DNA of 64,000 nt from Candidatus Omnitrophota bacterium. Lineage in GTDB: Bacteria > Omnitrophota > Gorgyraeia > Zapsychrales > Fredricksoniimonadaceae. The stretch spans positions 67,333 to 131,332 of the forward strand of contig JBAXRK010000003.1 of assembly GCA_037131245.1 (NCBI GenBank). The letters run 5' to 3'. Positions 9,003-18,353 of this stretch are shown piece by piece. Each line of letters starts with the position of its first letter. Position 1 is the stretch's first letter. Below the pieces are notes generated by a model, which made no database searches, was not told where the DNA came from, and saw only the letters and a list, made by a program, of their open reading frames with translations. Made by a program: the position numbers and the translations under genes.

Positions 9003-10031
9003 ATGTCGTTTAAATATCGTCAGCGCCTGCCGGAAGTGCAGGCCATCATGGCAGAGTTGCCGGTCAGCCCCGAGGTCCTGGAGGTCAAGCGCGAGCGGGA
9101 CCGCGAGGTGTCGGATATCATTGCCGGAAAAAGCTCAAAATTCCTGCTGATCATCGGCCCTTGTTCGGCCGATAATGAGGATGCGGTTTGTGAATACGTG
9201 GCGCGGCTGGCTAAATTGCAGCAGCGGGTGAAACAGAAACTGGTTCTTTTGCCGAGGATCTATACTAATAAGCCGCGTACGACCGGGCTTGGCTACAAGG
9301 GGATGGCGCATCAGCCGGACCCGAACGATGAGCCGAATATTGTCGATGGCCTGATCGCTATCCGCAAGATGCATATCCGCGCGCTGGGTGAGTCGGGCTT
9401 AAGCTCGGCCGATGAAATGCTTTATCCGTTCAATTATCCTTACCTCGAGGATGTTCTCAGCTACGTGGCGATCGGCGCGCGGTCGGTGGAGAATCAGGAG
9501 CATCGCCTGACCGTTAGCGGCCTGGATATTCCCGCCGGAATGAAAAACCCGACAGGCGGGGATATGGGTGTCATGATCAATTCCATCAAGGCGGGGCACG
9601 CGCCGCAACTTTTTTCTTATAAGGGTTGGGAAGACCGGACCTCGGGGAATCCCCTGACGCACGCGATCTTGCGCGGGGCGGTCGATCCCTACGGGCGCGG
9701 TATCCCCAATTATCATTTCGAGGATATCACTCATCTTCGCAAATTGTATCTTGAGTCCGGCCTGAAGAATCCGGCCGTCCTGGTGGACGTGAGCCACGCG
9801 AATTCGAACAAACAGTTTGCCGAGCAGCCGCGGGTCGCGCGTGAAGTGTTGGCATCGCTTAAGTACGCGCCGGAGCTGCGGAGTTTCGTCCGGGGCCTGA
9901 TGATCGAGAGCTATCTGGTTGAAGGAAGTCAGGACCCGTCAGGTGGTGTGTACGGGAAGTCGATCACGGATGCCTGCCTGGGTTGGGATGCTTCCGAGCG
10001 GCTGGTGCTTGATATCGCTGATATTGTTTAA
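9003..10031 (+). CDS. 3-deoxy-7-phosphoheptulonate (DAHP) synthase, class I
   Basis: LLIIGPCSADNED, RIYTNKPRTTGLGYKGM and VDVSHANS motifs, 342 aa. Confidence 0.85.
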   Translation: MSFKYRQRLPEVQAIMAELPVSPEVLEVKRERDREVSDIIAGKSSKFLLIIGPCSADNEDAVCEYVARLAKLQQRVKQKLVLLPRIYTNKPRTTGLGYKGMAHQPDPNDEPNIVDGLIAIRKMHIRALGESGLSSADEMLYPFNYPYLEDVLSYVAIGARSVENQEHRLTVSGLDIPAGMKNPTGGDMGVMINSIKAGHAPQLFSYKGWEDRTSGNPLTHAILRGAVDPYGRGIPNYHFEDITHLRKLYLESGLKNPAVLVDVSHANSNKQFAEQPRVAREVLASLKYAPELRSFVRGLMIESYLVEGSQDPSGGVYGKSITDACLGWDASERLVLDIADIV

Positions 10032-10042
10032 GGGGGCTCATC

Positions 10043-11206
10043 TTGTTTGCCCGACGTACGAATTGGGAACTCTCCGATAATCCCCTGGCGGCCGCGCTGG
10101 CGGCGCGCAAAGCGTCCGGCGGGAAGATCCTTGACCTGACCGAATCGAATCCGACCCGCGCGGGGATCGCCTATCCGCCTGAGATGTTCCTGGGGGCCTT
10201 CAATAATAAAGAGAGTTTGGTGTACGCTCCTGAGCCGAAGGGCTTGCTCAAGGCTCGCGAAGCGGTGGCGGCTTATTTTGCCGCACGCGGCGTTATTGTG
10301 CCGGCCGACCATTTGACCCTGACGGCCAGCACGTCTGAAGCCTATTCGTTCCTGTTTCGTTTGCTCGCCGATCCCGGCGACAGGATCCTGCTCCCCGCCC
10401 CCAGTTATCCCTTGTTCTCTTATCTGGCGGACATCAATGATATTGAGCCCGTGTATTATCAGTTGGCCTTCGACGGGTTAAAGTGGGAGATCGATCTTGA
10501 GTCGCTTGAGAAAGGGGCGAAAGCGGGGAAGGTGAAGGCCGTGGTGCTGGTAAGCCCCAATAATCCGACGGGCTCGTTCATCAGCGCCGATGAATTAAAG
10601 GATCTTAATGTTCTTTGTGTGAAGTATAAGATGGCGATCATCAGCGACGAGGTCTTTAGCGATTATCTGTTCGAAGGGGCGAGAGGCCGTTACGTTAGTC
10701 TCGCTTCCAATTCCGATGTCTTAAGTTTTGCTTTGGGTGGCTTATCCAAGGCTCTGGCACTTCCCCAGATGAAATTGGGCTGGATCGCGGCCAATGGCCC
10801 GAGGGATGTCCTGAAGGATGCCCTTGCGCGGCTGGAAGTCATTACTGATACGTTCCTGTCGGTTAATACGCCGGTTCAGCATGCCTGTATTGAGTGGCTG
10901 CCGAAAGCCGGGGTCATCCAGGAGCAGGTGATGCGGCGCGTGACAGAAAATCTGTCTTTCCTAAATAAGACGGCCGTTGGCGGGCGCGCGTACGTTTATC
11001 CTGTCGACGGGGGATGGTACGCGGTTGTGCGCGCGGAGCTTGGGCTTCCGGAAGATGAATGGGCCGTGCGCCTTCTAAAAGACAAAGGCGTGTATGTTCA
11101 TCCAGGATTTTATTTTGATTTTGAAACAGAAGGCCACATTGTCCTCAGCCTTCTAACTTTGCCTGATATTTTCCGGCAGGGTGTTCCTGCGCTTGCGGTC
11201 TTCTGA
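10043..11206 (+). CDS. PLP-dependent aminotransferase, class I/II
   Basis: SPNNPTG motif and GGLSKALALPQMKLGW (the PLP lysine region). TTG start. Confidence 0.8.
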   Translation: MFARRTNWELSDNPLAAALAARKASGGKILDLTESNPTRAGIAYPPEMFLGAFNNKESLVYAPEPKGLLKAREAVAAYFAARGVIVPADHLTLTASTSEAYSFLFRLLADPGDRILLPAPSYPLFSYLADINDIEPVYYQLAFDGLKWEIDLESLEKGAKAGKVKAVVLVSPNNPTGSFISADELKDLNVLCVKYKMAIISDEVFSDYLFEGARGRYVSLASNSDVLSFALGGLSKALALPQMKLGWIAANGPRDVLKDALARLEVITDTFLSVNTPVQHACIEWLPKAGVIQEQVMRRVTENLSFLNKTAVGGRAYVYPVDGGWYAVVRAELGLPEDEWAVRLLKDKGVYVHPGFYFDFETEGHIVLSLLTLPDIFRQGVPALAVF

Positions 11207-11218
11207 TCAAGGCCTATA

Positions 11219-13408
11219 ATGACGACGGTTAAGCTCCCCGCTCCCTTGGTGACGGTCTCAGCCATTTTGGCTGCCGTTATCTTGTTTTTTGCCGCTGTCA
11301 CGGCTTCTGAGAGCCCGAATCAGAAGATCTTTGAATTTCCGCCGGGCTCTTATTCCTGGGTCTCCGTTCGTGAGACCACATTCTCCTTTTCATCGTCGCG
11401 AGAAATGCTTCTGCTCCCTTCCAGGGATCGCTGGACAGACGTTCGTTTTGACTGTGTCCTGGTTGATCCGACGGTTGCGGGGCTGGCTTTCGATTACCAG
11501 GGCCAGGAGCACTTCTCATTTTTCCTGATCGATCGTCCGAGGGGAGTATTGGAGTGGGGCACGGTCGATCATGCACACGTCACGGACTGGAGATCGACAG
11601 CTTTACCGGCGATCAATGAAAAGGGGGTGGTTCGCCTTCCTTTGACGCTTGAGGTCCATCAGCGAGAGGCCGCATTAATGGTCAACGGTCAATTGGTTAC
11701 GCGTGTTCTTGGCGGGGATTTTCATGGCGGGAAGATCGCGCTGTTGATCGGGGCGAGCGTGCCGAACCGCAATGGATTCATGCTAAATTCCATCCAGGGG
11801 GTCCTTGCTTCAGGCAGGACCAGGGAGATCAAGGCGCGGGCTTATTCGGACCGTCGTGAGGTTCCACTCTTTGAGATCCCGGGTATCCCCTTCATCCTGG
11901 CGTTTTATTCGGTTTTGGTCTTTCTGGGGTATCGTTGGGTAAAGTTCGAAGGCTCGCTTTCCGTCGTGTCCTTGTGGGATCGCGTCTATTGCGCGGCGGG
12001 CCTGTTGCTTGGAGCCGTTGTATTTTCCCGTTTATGGCAGGTGGCGCTCCATTTGGGGCCGGTGGACATACCGACATATGGGGGCTTGATGGCCACCGTG
12101 GGGACAGTCGTCCTTTTTATTTTGATCGCTTACAGTTATTCCCGGCTTTTTGCTATAGCCACCCCGCTTTTTTTGTTCGTAGCTCTTCCATTCTTTTGTT
12201 ATTTTCTTAATCTGATGAATCTTTTGGTGTTGCATCTAAATGATACGCTGTTTATTCGTTTGTGCGTGGGAGCGCTGTGCCTGCCTTTGTTATGGCGCGC
12301 GCGATATTTGACGGGCATGCTTCGCGCGGAGATCGGGAAGTTATCCCAGGTTCCGATAGCGAACGGTTTAATACTGCTCTGGAGTGCCTATGCGGCGTGT
12401 TACTGTTTTGAATATGATCTGGTGCCAACCAGGCACGCGATCATCGATGAAGGGTCTTTATGGGTCACCGCGGCGCAGCATATCCTGGCTGACGGGATGG
12501 CGAAGGCTCAGCTTCTTGTTTATCCTGGCGGTGGTCTTCATTCTTTCGGTATTTCTTTTGTTGCGGCTTTGCCCGGCGTGCTTTGGGGGAACGGGCATGG
12601 AGCGTCGGTATACTTGATGCCCCTGTTCAATATTGCGGCCTTAATGCTTTTTTTGCATAGGATCAAGACATGGAAATGGGGGTTCCTGTTTTTCTTTGTA
12701 TCGTTGTTTATGGCCTTTGATTATACCGGGATCGTTAGCAAGTTGCTTTATCAACTTGTGTATGGGGAGGGGATTTCATCGGTTTATTTTCTGGTGCTTT
12801 GTCTGGAGGTGTTTGTTCTGGCAAAGGAAGCTAAGGAGCTCTCGCTGAGGCGTGTCCTGGCGGTGTCCATGGGCATTGGATTAATGGCTTTGACCAAATC
12901 GCCAGTAGGATATTTCGGATGCCTTTTTATGCTGATTTTGAGCGGCCTTTATGGCGTTGGCCGCTGGGCGAGGGGTGGTGGAATCATCTTGGGGGCGTGG
13001 TTTTTGTTCCTGGCACCTATTACTTTGTGGAAAGGGTATACCTTGCTTAACGGGTTATACGCGGCTCCGGTAACTCAGGCCGCGGCGGTTACGGGGCATT
13101 CTTTTAATGGGGAAGTTTTATGGCGCCTTTGGTCTTCGATGATCAGCAAGGGGCACATGGCGTGGCCCTTTGTGTATGTGACCGCTTCCTGTTTTATGAT
13201 CGCGCGAACGTTCGGGAAACGTGATTATGTGTTGCTTGGTCCGGTGTTTGTCCTCATTGTAAGCGTTTTATTATATTATCTTTTCTCTTTTTGCGCGGAC
13301 TATGATAGTTCAACGCGCTACTTTATGCCGGCCCTGCTGCCATTATTTTTCTTCGGCGCTGTGGGTTTTGAGCGATGGATGGGAAGGTTATCTGCGGGTC
13401 GTGCTTAG
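11219..13408 (+). CDS. Large polytopic membrane protein with an N-terminal extracytoplasmic beta-rich domain (possible GT-C glycosyltransferase)
   Basis: 729 aa. A signal-anchor is followed by a ~190-aa soluble domain (jelly-roll-like pattern ...GGKIALLIGASVPNRNGFMLNSIQ), then at least 12 hydrophobic helices. Confidence 0.45.
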   Translation: MTTVKLPAPLVTVSAILAAVILFFAAVTASESPNQKIFEFPPGSYSWVSVRETTFSFSSSREMLLLPSRDRWTDVRFDCVLVDPTVAGLAFDYQGQEHFSFFLIDRPRGVLEWGTVDHAHVTDWRSTALPAINEKGVVRLPLTLEVHQREAALMVNGQLVTRVLGGDFHGGKIALLIGASVPNRNGFMLNSIQGVLASGRTREIKARAYSDRREVPLFEIPGIPFILAFYSVLVFLGYRWVKFEGSLSVVSLWDRVYCAAGLLLGAVVFSRLWQVALHLGPVDIPTYGGLMATVGTVVLFILIAYSYSRLFAIATPLFLFVALPFFCYFLNLMNLLVLHLNDTLFIRLCVGALCLPLLWRARYLTGMLRAEIGKLSQVPIANGLILLWSAYAACYCFEYDLVPTRHAIIDEGSLWVTAAQHILADGMAKAQLLVYPGGGLHSFGISFVAALPGVLWGNGHGASVYLMPLFNIAALMLFLHRIKTWKWGFLFFFVSLFMAFDYTGIVSKLLYQLVYGEGISSVYFLVLCLEVFVLAKEAKELSLRRVLAVSMGIGLMALTKSPVGYFGCLFMLILSGLYGVGRWARGGGIILGAWFLFLAPITLWKGYTLLNGLYAAPVTQAAAVTGHSFNGEVLWRLWSSMISKGHMAWPFVYVTASCFMIARTFGKRDYVLLGPVFVLIVSVLLYYLFSFCADYDSSTRYFMPALLPLFFFGAVGFERWMGRLSAGRA

Positions 13409-13500
13409 CTTCGCGGACGAAGCGGACGAGGCTGCGTTGACCTTTTCGTTCAATGTGTTATTATTAATTAACTATTTTAATTTCTCCGGAGGATGAGTTT

Positions 13501-13977
13501 ATGGCGAGACCTAGTTGGGATGAATATTTCATGAAACTGGCGATGATCGCCTCCGAACGCGCTACCTGCCCGCGGATGCATTGCGGCTGCGTGCTGGTCA
13601 AGGACCGCGAGGTGATCGCGACGGGGTACAACGGTTCCATTCCTGGAGATGCGCACTGCGAGGACGTGGGCTGCCTGGTCGTTGAGAATCATTGTGTCCG
13701 CACCAATCACGCCGAGATGAACGCTATCGTTCAGGCCGCCCGCAAAGGCCATATTATCGACGGCGGCACGGCCTATGTGACCAATATGCCTTGTACGACC
13801 TGCTCCAAGGCCCTCATCGCGGCCGGGGTTCAGCGGGTTGTGATCTTCTCCGATTATCATGATACCCTGGCGACGGATTTCTTTGCCAAGGGCAAGGTGC
13901 GCATCGACAAGATCCCGATGCCCTCCAAGCAGATCGTTTATGACCTTGAGAAGTACACCTCCGCGCGAAAGAGCTAA
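13501..13977 (+). CDS. dCMP deaminase (ComEB family)
   Basis: Zinc motifs HAEMNAI and PCTTCSKALIAAG. RBS GGAGGA lies upstream. Confidence 0.85.
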   Translation: MARPSWDEYFMKLAMIASERATCPRMHCGCVLVKDREVIATGYNGSIPGDAHCEDVGCLVVENHCVRTNHAEMNAIVQAARKGHIIDGGTAYVTNMPCTTCSKALIAAGVQRVVIFSDYHDTLATDFFAKGKVRIDKIPMPSKQIVYDLEKYTSARKS

Positions 13978-13984
13978 GGCGATC

Positions 13985-15178
13985 ATGGAATTCTATCAGG
14001 TAAAAAAAGGGCGGATCACGTTAAGTGGCCGCCCCGTTCATTTAAAGGGCGTGAATCTCGGCGGCTGGCTGATGCCGGAAGCCTATTTTATGCATGCGCC
14101 GAATCGGGGGCACCGGTTCTTCCGGGACAGGTTCATCCTTGAGCTTGGGGAGAAAGCGTACGCCGAGATCGAGAAGGCTTTCCGGGACAATTTTATCCGT
14201 GAGGATGATTTTAAGCGGATCGCGGTAATGGGGTTTAATCATGTCCGTTTGCCTTTTCATTATGAGCTCATTGAAACAAAGCCTTTTAGTTATGCTAAAT
14301 CCGGGTTGAAATATCTGGAACAGGCTGTGGCCTGGGGTAAAAAGCATGGGGTAGGCATTATTCTTGATATGCATGCGGTCCCCGGCGCCCAGAATCATGA
14401 TTGGCATTCGGACTCTGATGGACGGATGTTGTTCTATTCGTCAAAAGAGTATCAGCAGCGGGCGATCGCTCTTTGGCACCTGATCGCGGAACGGTTCAAG
14501 AACGAGCCGGCGGTGATCGGCTATGATATCCTTAACGAAACGGTCATCCCCGATGCAGCTCCCATGAACGCGTATTATCGCGCGGCGATCGCGGCGATCC
14601 GGACCGTGGACCGGCGGCATATTATTTTTACCGAAGGTAATCGTTGGGCGCAGGATATCGACTGCCTGGAGGATTTTGAAGATGAGAATCTGGTCTTCGG
14701 GATCCATTTTTACGAGCCTTTGGAATTAACGTTCAATTTTGTGCCAGGCTTGAGTTATCCTTTGCTCGGTGGTAAAAAGCCGTGGGATAAAAGCTTTATG
14801 CGTCAGCGGCTTGAGTTGTCGGTCGCGGTAGCACGCAAGCGCGGTCGTGCCCTTTGGTGCGGCGAATGCGGCGTGAACGCTCGCGACGGTAAATATGGCG
14901 AAGACCGTTATGTTGCGGATATGCTGGCAAATTTCAAGGCGCTTGATATTCATTGGACTTACTGGACCTGGAAAGCGGTCAAGAATTCCATCTTCCCCGA
15001 CGGAATCAACAGCTATTATCCCAATGACCCCTGGATCAATCGCGCGGGCCCTGTTTCCGGGTGGGATACTTGGGCGGCGCAGTGGCCCAAAAACAGGAAA
15101 GCGATGATCGCTTCCTGGCGCACCGATAAGTTCTCGCTTAACAAGCCGGTTGCGGGAGCGCTCAGCCGTGCGCTTTAA
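13985..15178 (+). CDS. Glycoside hydrolase family 5 (cellulase-like)
   Basis: GVNLGGWL, FNHVRLPF, GYDILNE (acid/base Glu) and WCGECG (nucleophile Glu) motifs. The ATG at 13985 is chosen over the extended track ORF. No signal peptide is apparent. Confidence 0.7.
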   Translation: MEFYQVKKGRITLSGRPVHLKGVNLGGWLMPEAYFMHAPNRGHRFFRDRFILELGEKAYAEIEKAFRDNFIREDDFKRIAVMGFNHVRLPFHYELIETKPFSYAKSGLKYLEQAVAWGKKHGVGIILDMHAVPGAQNHDWHSDSDGRMLFYSSKEYQQRAIALWHLIAERFKNEPAVIGYDILNETVIPDAAPMNAYYRAAIAAIRTVDRRHIIFTEGNRWAQDIDCLEDFEDENLVFGIHFYEPLELTFNFVPGLSYPLLGGKKPWDKSFMRQRLELSVAVARKRGRALWCGECGVNARDGKYGEDRYVADMLANFKALDIHWTYWTWKAVKNSIFPDGINSYYPNDPWINRAGPVSGWDTWAAQWPKNRKAMIASWRTDKFSLNKPVAGALSRAL

Positions 15179-16244
15179 GGCTCTTTGTTTGCTTATGTTC
15201 TGCGGATTGTCTTCTCCGGCGTTCGCGGAGTGGAAGATCTCGGAGATCGGGCTGTATCCTCCGGCTGGCGAGACCCAGTGGATCGAGTTGTTGAATGATT
15301 CATCCTTGCCGGCGCCCATCGATGGCCTTTTTATCAAAGGCGACCGTTGGGAATGGCGGTTCTCAAGTTTGAATATCGACGTGCCTGAGCATACGCTGAT
15401 CCTGGTCCGTTTTGACAGCCCCGGTGACGCGGCGACCATGGAAATAAAAGATGGGGTGCGTGTTCTTCATGTCCCGCAAAATGTGATCTTTGGTGACTCT
15501 CAGCGAGGGTATTGCGCTTTGTATGAGAAACAGGCCGGGTCCGGGCCTGAGGTGGATCAGATCGAGCATGCGCTGGGACGGGTGCTTTCCGCTCAGAAGA
15601 TCAACAGCATTGATACGATGGTTAAAGCGAACGCCGGCGCGCTCCCCGACAATTTTGTTGATTTTGTCGCTTGGGGGGATGCCCCGGGCCAGATAGGGCA
15701 GGAAGCGACAGATGCCGGATTGTGGTCGGGCGGCCAGGTTTTTATGTGGACCGACCCCGCGCCGGAACGGATGCCGGATGGCCCCGCCGAGCCCGGACAG
15801 TTTTTTGATAAGCCTGGCAAAACACTTGGCCGTATCGCTGGCCAGTGGAAAACGCTTGAGGCCGATGAGGCCTCTCCGGGACGTTGGAACCCTGAAGGTT
15901 TGGCTCCCGAAAAGATCCTCAAGGTTCTGCCCGGTTCAAGCAGTGATATGCCGTTTTCGTCTTTTTCATTATGGTGGCAGAATGTTTTTTTAAGTGGCGG
16001 CTGCGATATTCAAGCCCAGATCGCGACGGATGCTGCGTTCACGCATATTGTGCGGGAATTGAGCCGCGAGTCGCACGGCAAGCCACTGCCGCCGTTGGAT
16101 CTTGGTACGTATTGGTGGCGGTTCAAGACGCTTGATGGTTTTCCGTCATGGTTGGACGTCAAGAACGCTCCGCCGGAAGTCCCTCAGCAGACCTGTCACG
16201 GCAGCACGGATTGGAATGCGCCGGTCAAATTCGAGATCCGTTAA
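15150..16244 (+). CDS. Secreted hypothetical protein with an N-terminal lamin-tail-domain-like segment
   Basis: Signal peptide RFKALCLLMFCGLSSPAFA. ISEIGLYPPAGETQWIELLNDSSLPAPIDGLFI resembles the LTD pattern (InEi...eWIEL.N...dLsG). The start is uncertain, TTG 15150 or GTG 15168. Confidence 0.4.
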   Translation: MRERSAVRFKALCLLMFCGLSSPAFAEWKISEIGLYPPAGETQWIELLNDSSLPAPIDGLFIKGDRWEWRFSSLNIDVPEHTLILVRFDSPGDAATMEIKDGVRVLHVPQNVIFGDSQRGYCALYEKQAGSGPEVDQIEHALGRVLSAQKINSIDTMVKANAGALPDNFVDFVAWGDAPGQIGQEATDAGLWSGGQVFMWTDPAPERMPDGPAEPGQFFDKPGKTLGRIAGQWKTLEADEASPGRWNPEGLAPEKILKVLPGSSSDMPFSSFSLWWQNVFLSGGCDIQAQIATDAAFTHIVRELSRESHGKPLPPLDLGTYWWRFKTLDGFPSWLDVKNAPPEVPQQTCHGSTDWNAPVKFEIR

Positions 16245-16251
16245 GGAGTTT

Positions 16252-17052
16252 ATGGCTATTGAGAAGATCACCAGTTTGCAAAATTCCGGCATTAAGCGCG
16301 TGGTGCGCTTGCGCACCAAGAAAACGCGCGAAGCCAAGGGGTTGACCATTGTTGAAGGTGTGCGTGAGGTGCGCCAGGCGCTGAAAGCGGGCCTGCGGTT
16401 CACCGGCGTTTATTTCTGCCGCGAGGGTGTGTATCATTGCCCCGATGACCTTATTGCCGAACTCGACGCGCGGCATGTCCGCCTTTTCGATTGCGTATGC
16501 AGTGTTTATGCCAAGATGGCTTATGGTGACCGCAAGGAAGGTGTGCTGGCGCTTGTTGAGCAGCCGGAGCATACGCTGGCCGGACTGAAGCTTTCGGCCA
16601 AGCCGATGGTCGTGGTCATGGAGCGGGTGGAGAAGCCCGGCAATCTCGGCGCGGTCCTGCGCACCTGTGACGGTGCGGGGGTCGAGGCGTTACTTGTGTG
16701 CGATGAGCTTACGGATATTTATAATCCTAATGTTGTGCGTTCCAGCCTGGGCGCGGCCTTTACTGTTCCGACGGTCATGTGCAGCAGCCGTGAGGCGCTG
16801 GAATTCCTGCGGGCGAAAGGCATCAAGACCTTTGCCGCGGTGGTCCAGGCCAGCGATGAATATTTTAAGAAGGATATGTCGGGTTCTTGTGCTATTGTAC
16901 TCGGCAGCGAACAGGACGGTTTAAGTGACCTGTGGCAGCGCAGCGCCGATGAGAAAGTTCGCATCCCCATGAAGGGGAGCATTGATTCGTTAAACGTGTC
17001 AGTGAGCGCGGCGGTCATGATCTACGAAGCGCTCAGACAAAGGAATGTATGA
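16252..17052 (+). CDS. TrmH/SpoU-family RNA methyltransferase
   Basis: RBS AAGGAG before ATG 16252. Motifs ERVEKPGNLGAVLRT, IVLGSEQDG and SLNVSVSAAVMIYE. Confidence 0.75.
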   Translation: MAIEKITSLQNSGIKRVVRLRTKKTREAKGLTIVEGVREVRQALKAGLRFTGVYFCREGVYHCPDDLIAELDARHVRLFDCVCSVYAKMAYGDRKEGVLALVEQPEHTLAGLKLSAKPMVVVMERVEKPGNLGAVLRTCDGAGVEALLVCDELTDIYNPNVVRSSLGAAFTVPTVMCSSREALEFLRAKGIKTFAAVVQASDEYFKKDMSGSCAIVLGSEQDGLSDLWQRSADEKVRIPMKGSIDSLNVSVSAAVMIYEALRQRNV

Positions 17053-18344
17053 AACTGATGTTGTTTCTTTCACATAACGGGATCTTATCGCGCCGCAAGG
17101 CATTTGATGCTATCAAGGCCGGCGCGGTGCAGGTTAATGGCCGTATCAACCTTGAGCCGTCCACGGACGTCGATCCCGCGCGCGATAAGGTGCTTTTTCA
17201 TGATCGCCTGGTCAATGACCGGATCTTTGAATATATCATGCTCAATAAGCCCGAGGGCCATGTGACCAGCTGCGAGCGGCAGTTCGGCGAGGCAACGGTC
17301 ATGGATATTCTACCGAAGGATTTGAAGCATTTGCGCCCGGTCGGCCGGCTGGACAAGGATACTGAAGGGCTGCTGCTGTTCACCAATGACGGTGAGTTGG
17401 CTAATCATATGGCCCATCCGAGTTTTGATGTGAATAAAACTTATTTGGTCCGGGTACGCGGCAAGATTGCGGCGGCCGAGGTCGGCCAGCTTGAGGCCGG
17501 CGTTATGATCGAAGGTAAAAAGACCGCCCCCGCGGCGGTGGCTTTGATCAAGTCCAGCGATGATGTCAGCGAGTTCCAGATCACGATCCATGAGGGGCGT
17601 AAGCGCCAGGTGCGGATGATGGCCGATGCGATCAATCGTCCCGTGGTCTATCTAAGCCGTTTAAGCCAGGGGCCGCTGGAATTAGGCGGGCTTCCCCGGG
17701 GCGAATACCGTCGTTTGTCCGAAGAAGAGGTCATGGTCCTTAAGCGCATTAAGCGTTCGGCTGCTTCCAAGGCCAAGAAGCCTGAGGCTAAGAGTTTTAG
17801 TGCGGAACCGAAATATGTCGGCCGTCGCGGCCGCGGTGAATTTAATCGTGACCAGCGCTTGTTGCGGGAAGAGCAGTTGCGTGAGAAGCAGCGTGTGAGC
17901 GACGAGCGGCGTCCTGTGAGCCGGCCGGCCGCGCGCCCTCAAGATCCGCGCCGTCGCCCGTATGTGCCGAAGGAGGGCGGTAGGCCTGCGAGTCGTGATG
18001 AACGTCAGCGGTCGTTCTCTCCTAGAGAGGGCCGTCCGGCCAGCCGTTCTGAGGATTCAGGCCGTCGTCCGCCCCGTCCCGAGTATTCATCGCGAGAGGG
18101 TCATCGCAGCAGCCCGCGTTCTGGAGAACGTCCCGCGGCCGGGCCGAAGCCGTTGTTTTCGTCCAATTCCGAGAAGCGCAAGTTTTCCAGTACGCGTGAG
18201 TGGCACAGCGATTCGGATGTTCACGCTCCGTCGAATGCACCGAAGACCGTAACGAAACCTGCTTTCAGCAAACCGCAATACGGAAAGCGCCCGGATGACG
18301 GCGCGCGCAAAGCGTACATCAAGAAGCCTTTCAGAAAGTCATAA
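17049..18344 (+). CDS. rluB: 23S rRNA pseudouridine synthase RluB-type (S4 domain plus RsuA/RluB catalytic domain) with a ~190-aa Arg/Pro/Ser-rich C-terminal tail
   Basis: S4-like N-terminus and catalytic motif PVGRLDKDTEGLLLFTNDG. The tail has degenerate repeats EGGRPASRDE / REGRPASRSE / REGHRSSPRSGE. Confidence 0.8.
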   Translation: MKLMLFLSHNGILSRRKAFDAIKAGAVQVNGRINLEPSTDVDPARDKVLFHDRLVNDRIFEYIMLNKPEGHVTSCERQFGEATVMDILPKDLKHLRPVGRLDKDTEGLLLFTNDGELANHMAHPSFDVNKTYLVRVRGKIAAAEVGQLEAGVMIEGKKTAPAAVALIKSSDDVSEFQITIHEGRKRQVRMMADAINRPVVYLSRLSQGPLELGGLPRGEYRRLSEEEVMVLKRIKRSAASKAKKPEAKSFSAEPKYVGRRGRGEFNRDQRLLREEQLREKQRVSDERRPVSRPAARPQDPRRRPYVPKEGGRPASRDERQRSFSPREGRPASRSEDSGRRPPRPEYSSREGHRSSPRSGERPAAGPKPLFSSNSEKRKFSSTREWHSDSDVHAPSNAPKTVTKPAFSKPQYGKRPDDGARKAYIKKPFRKS

Positions 18345-18353
18345 CCCAATCAT

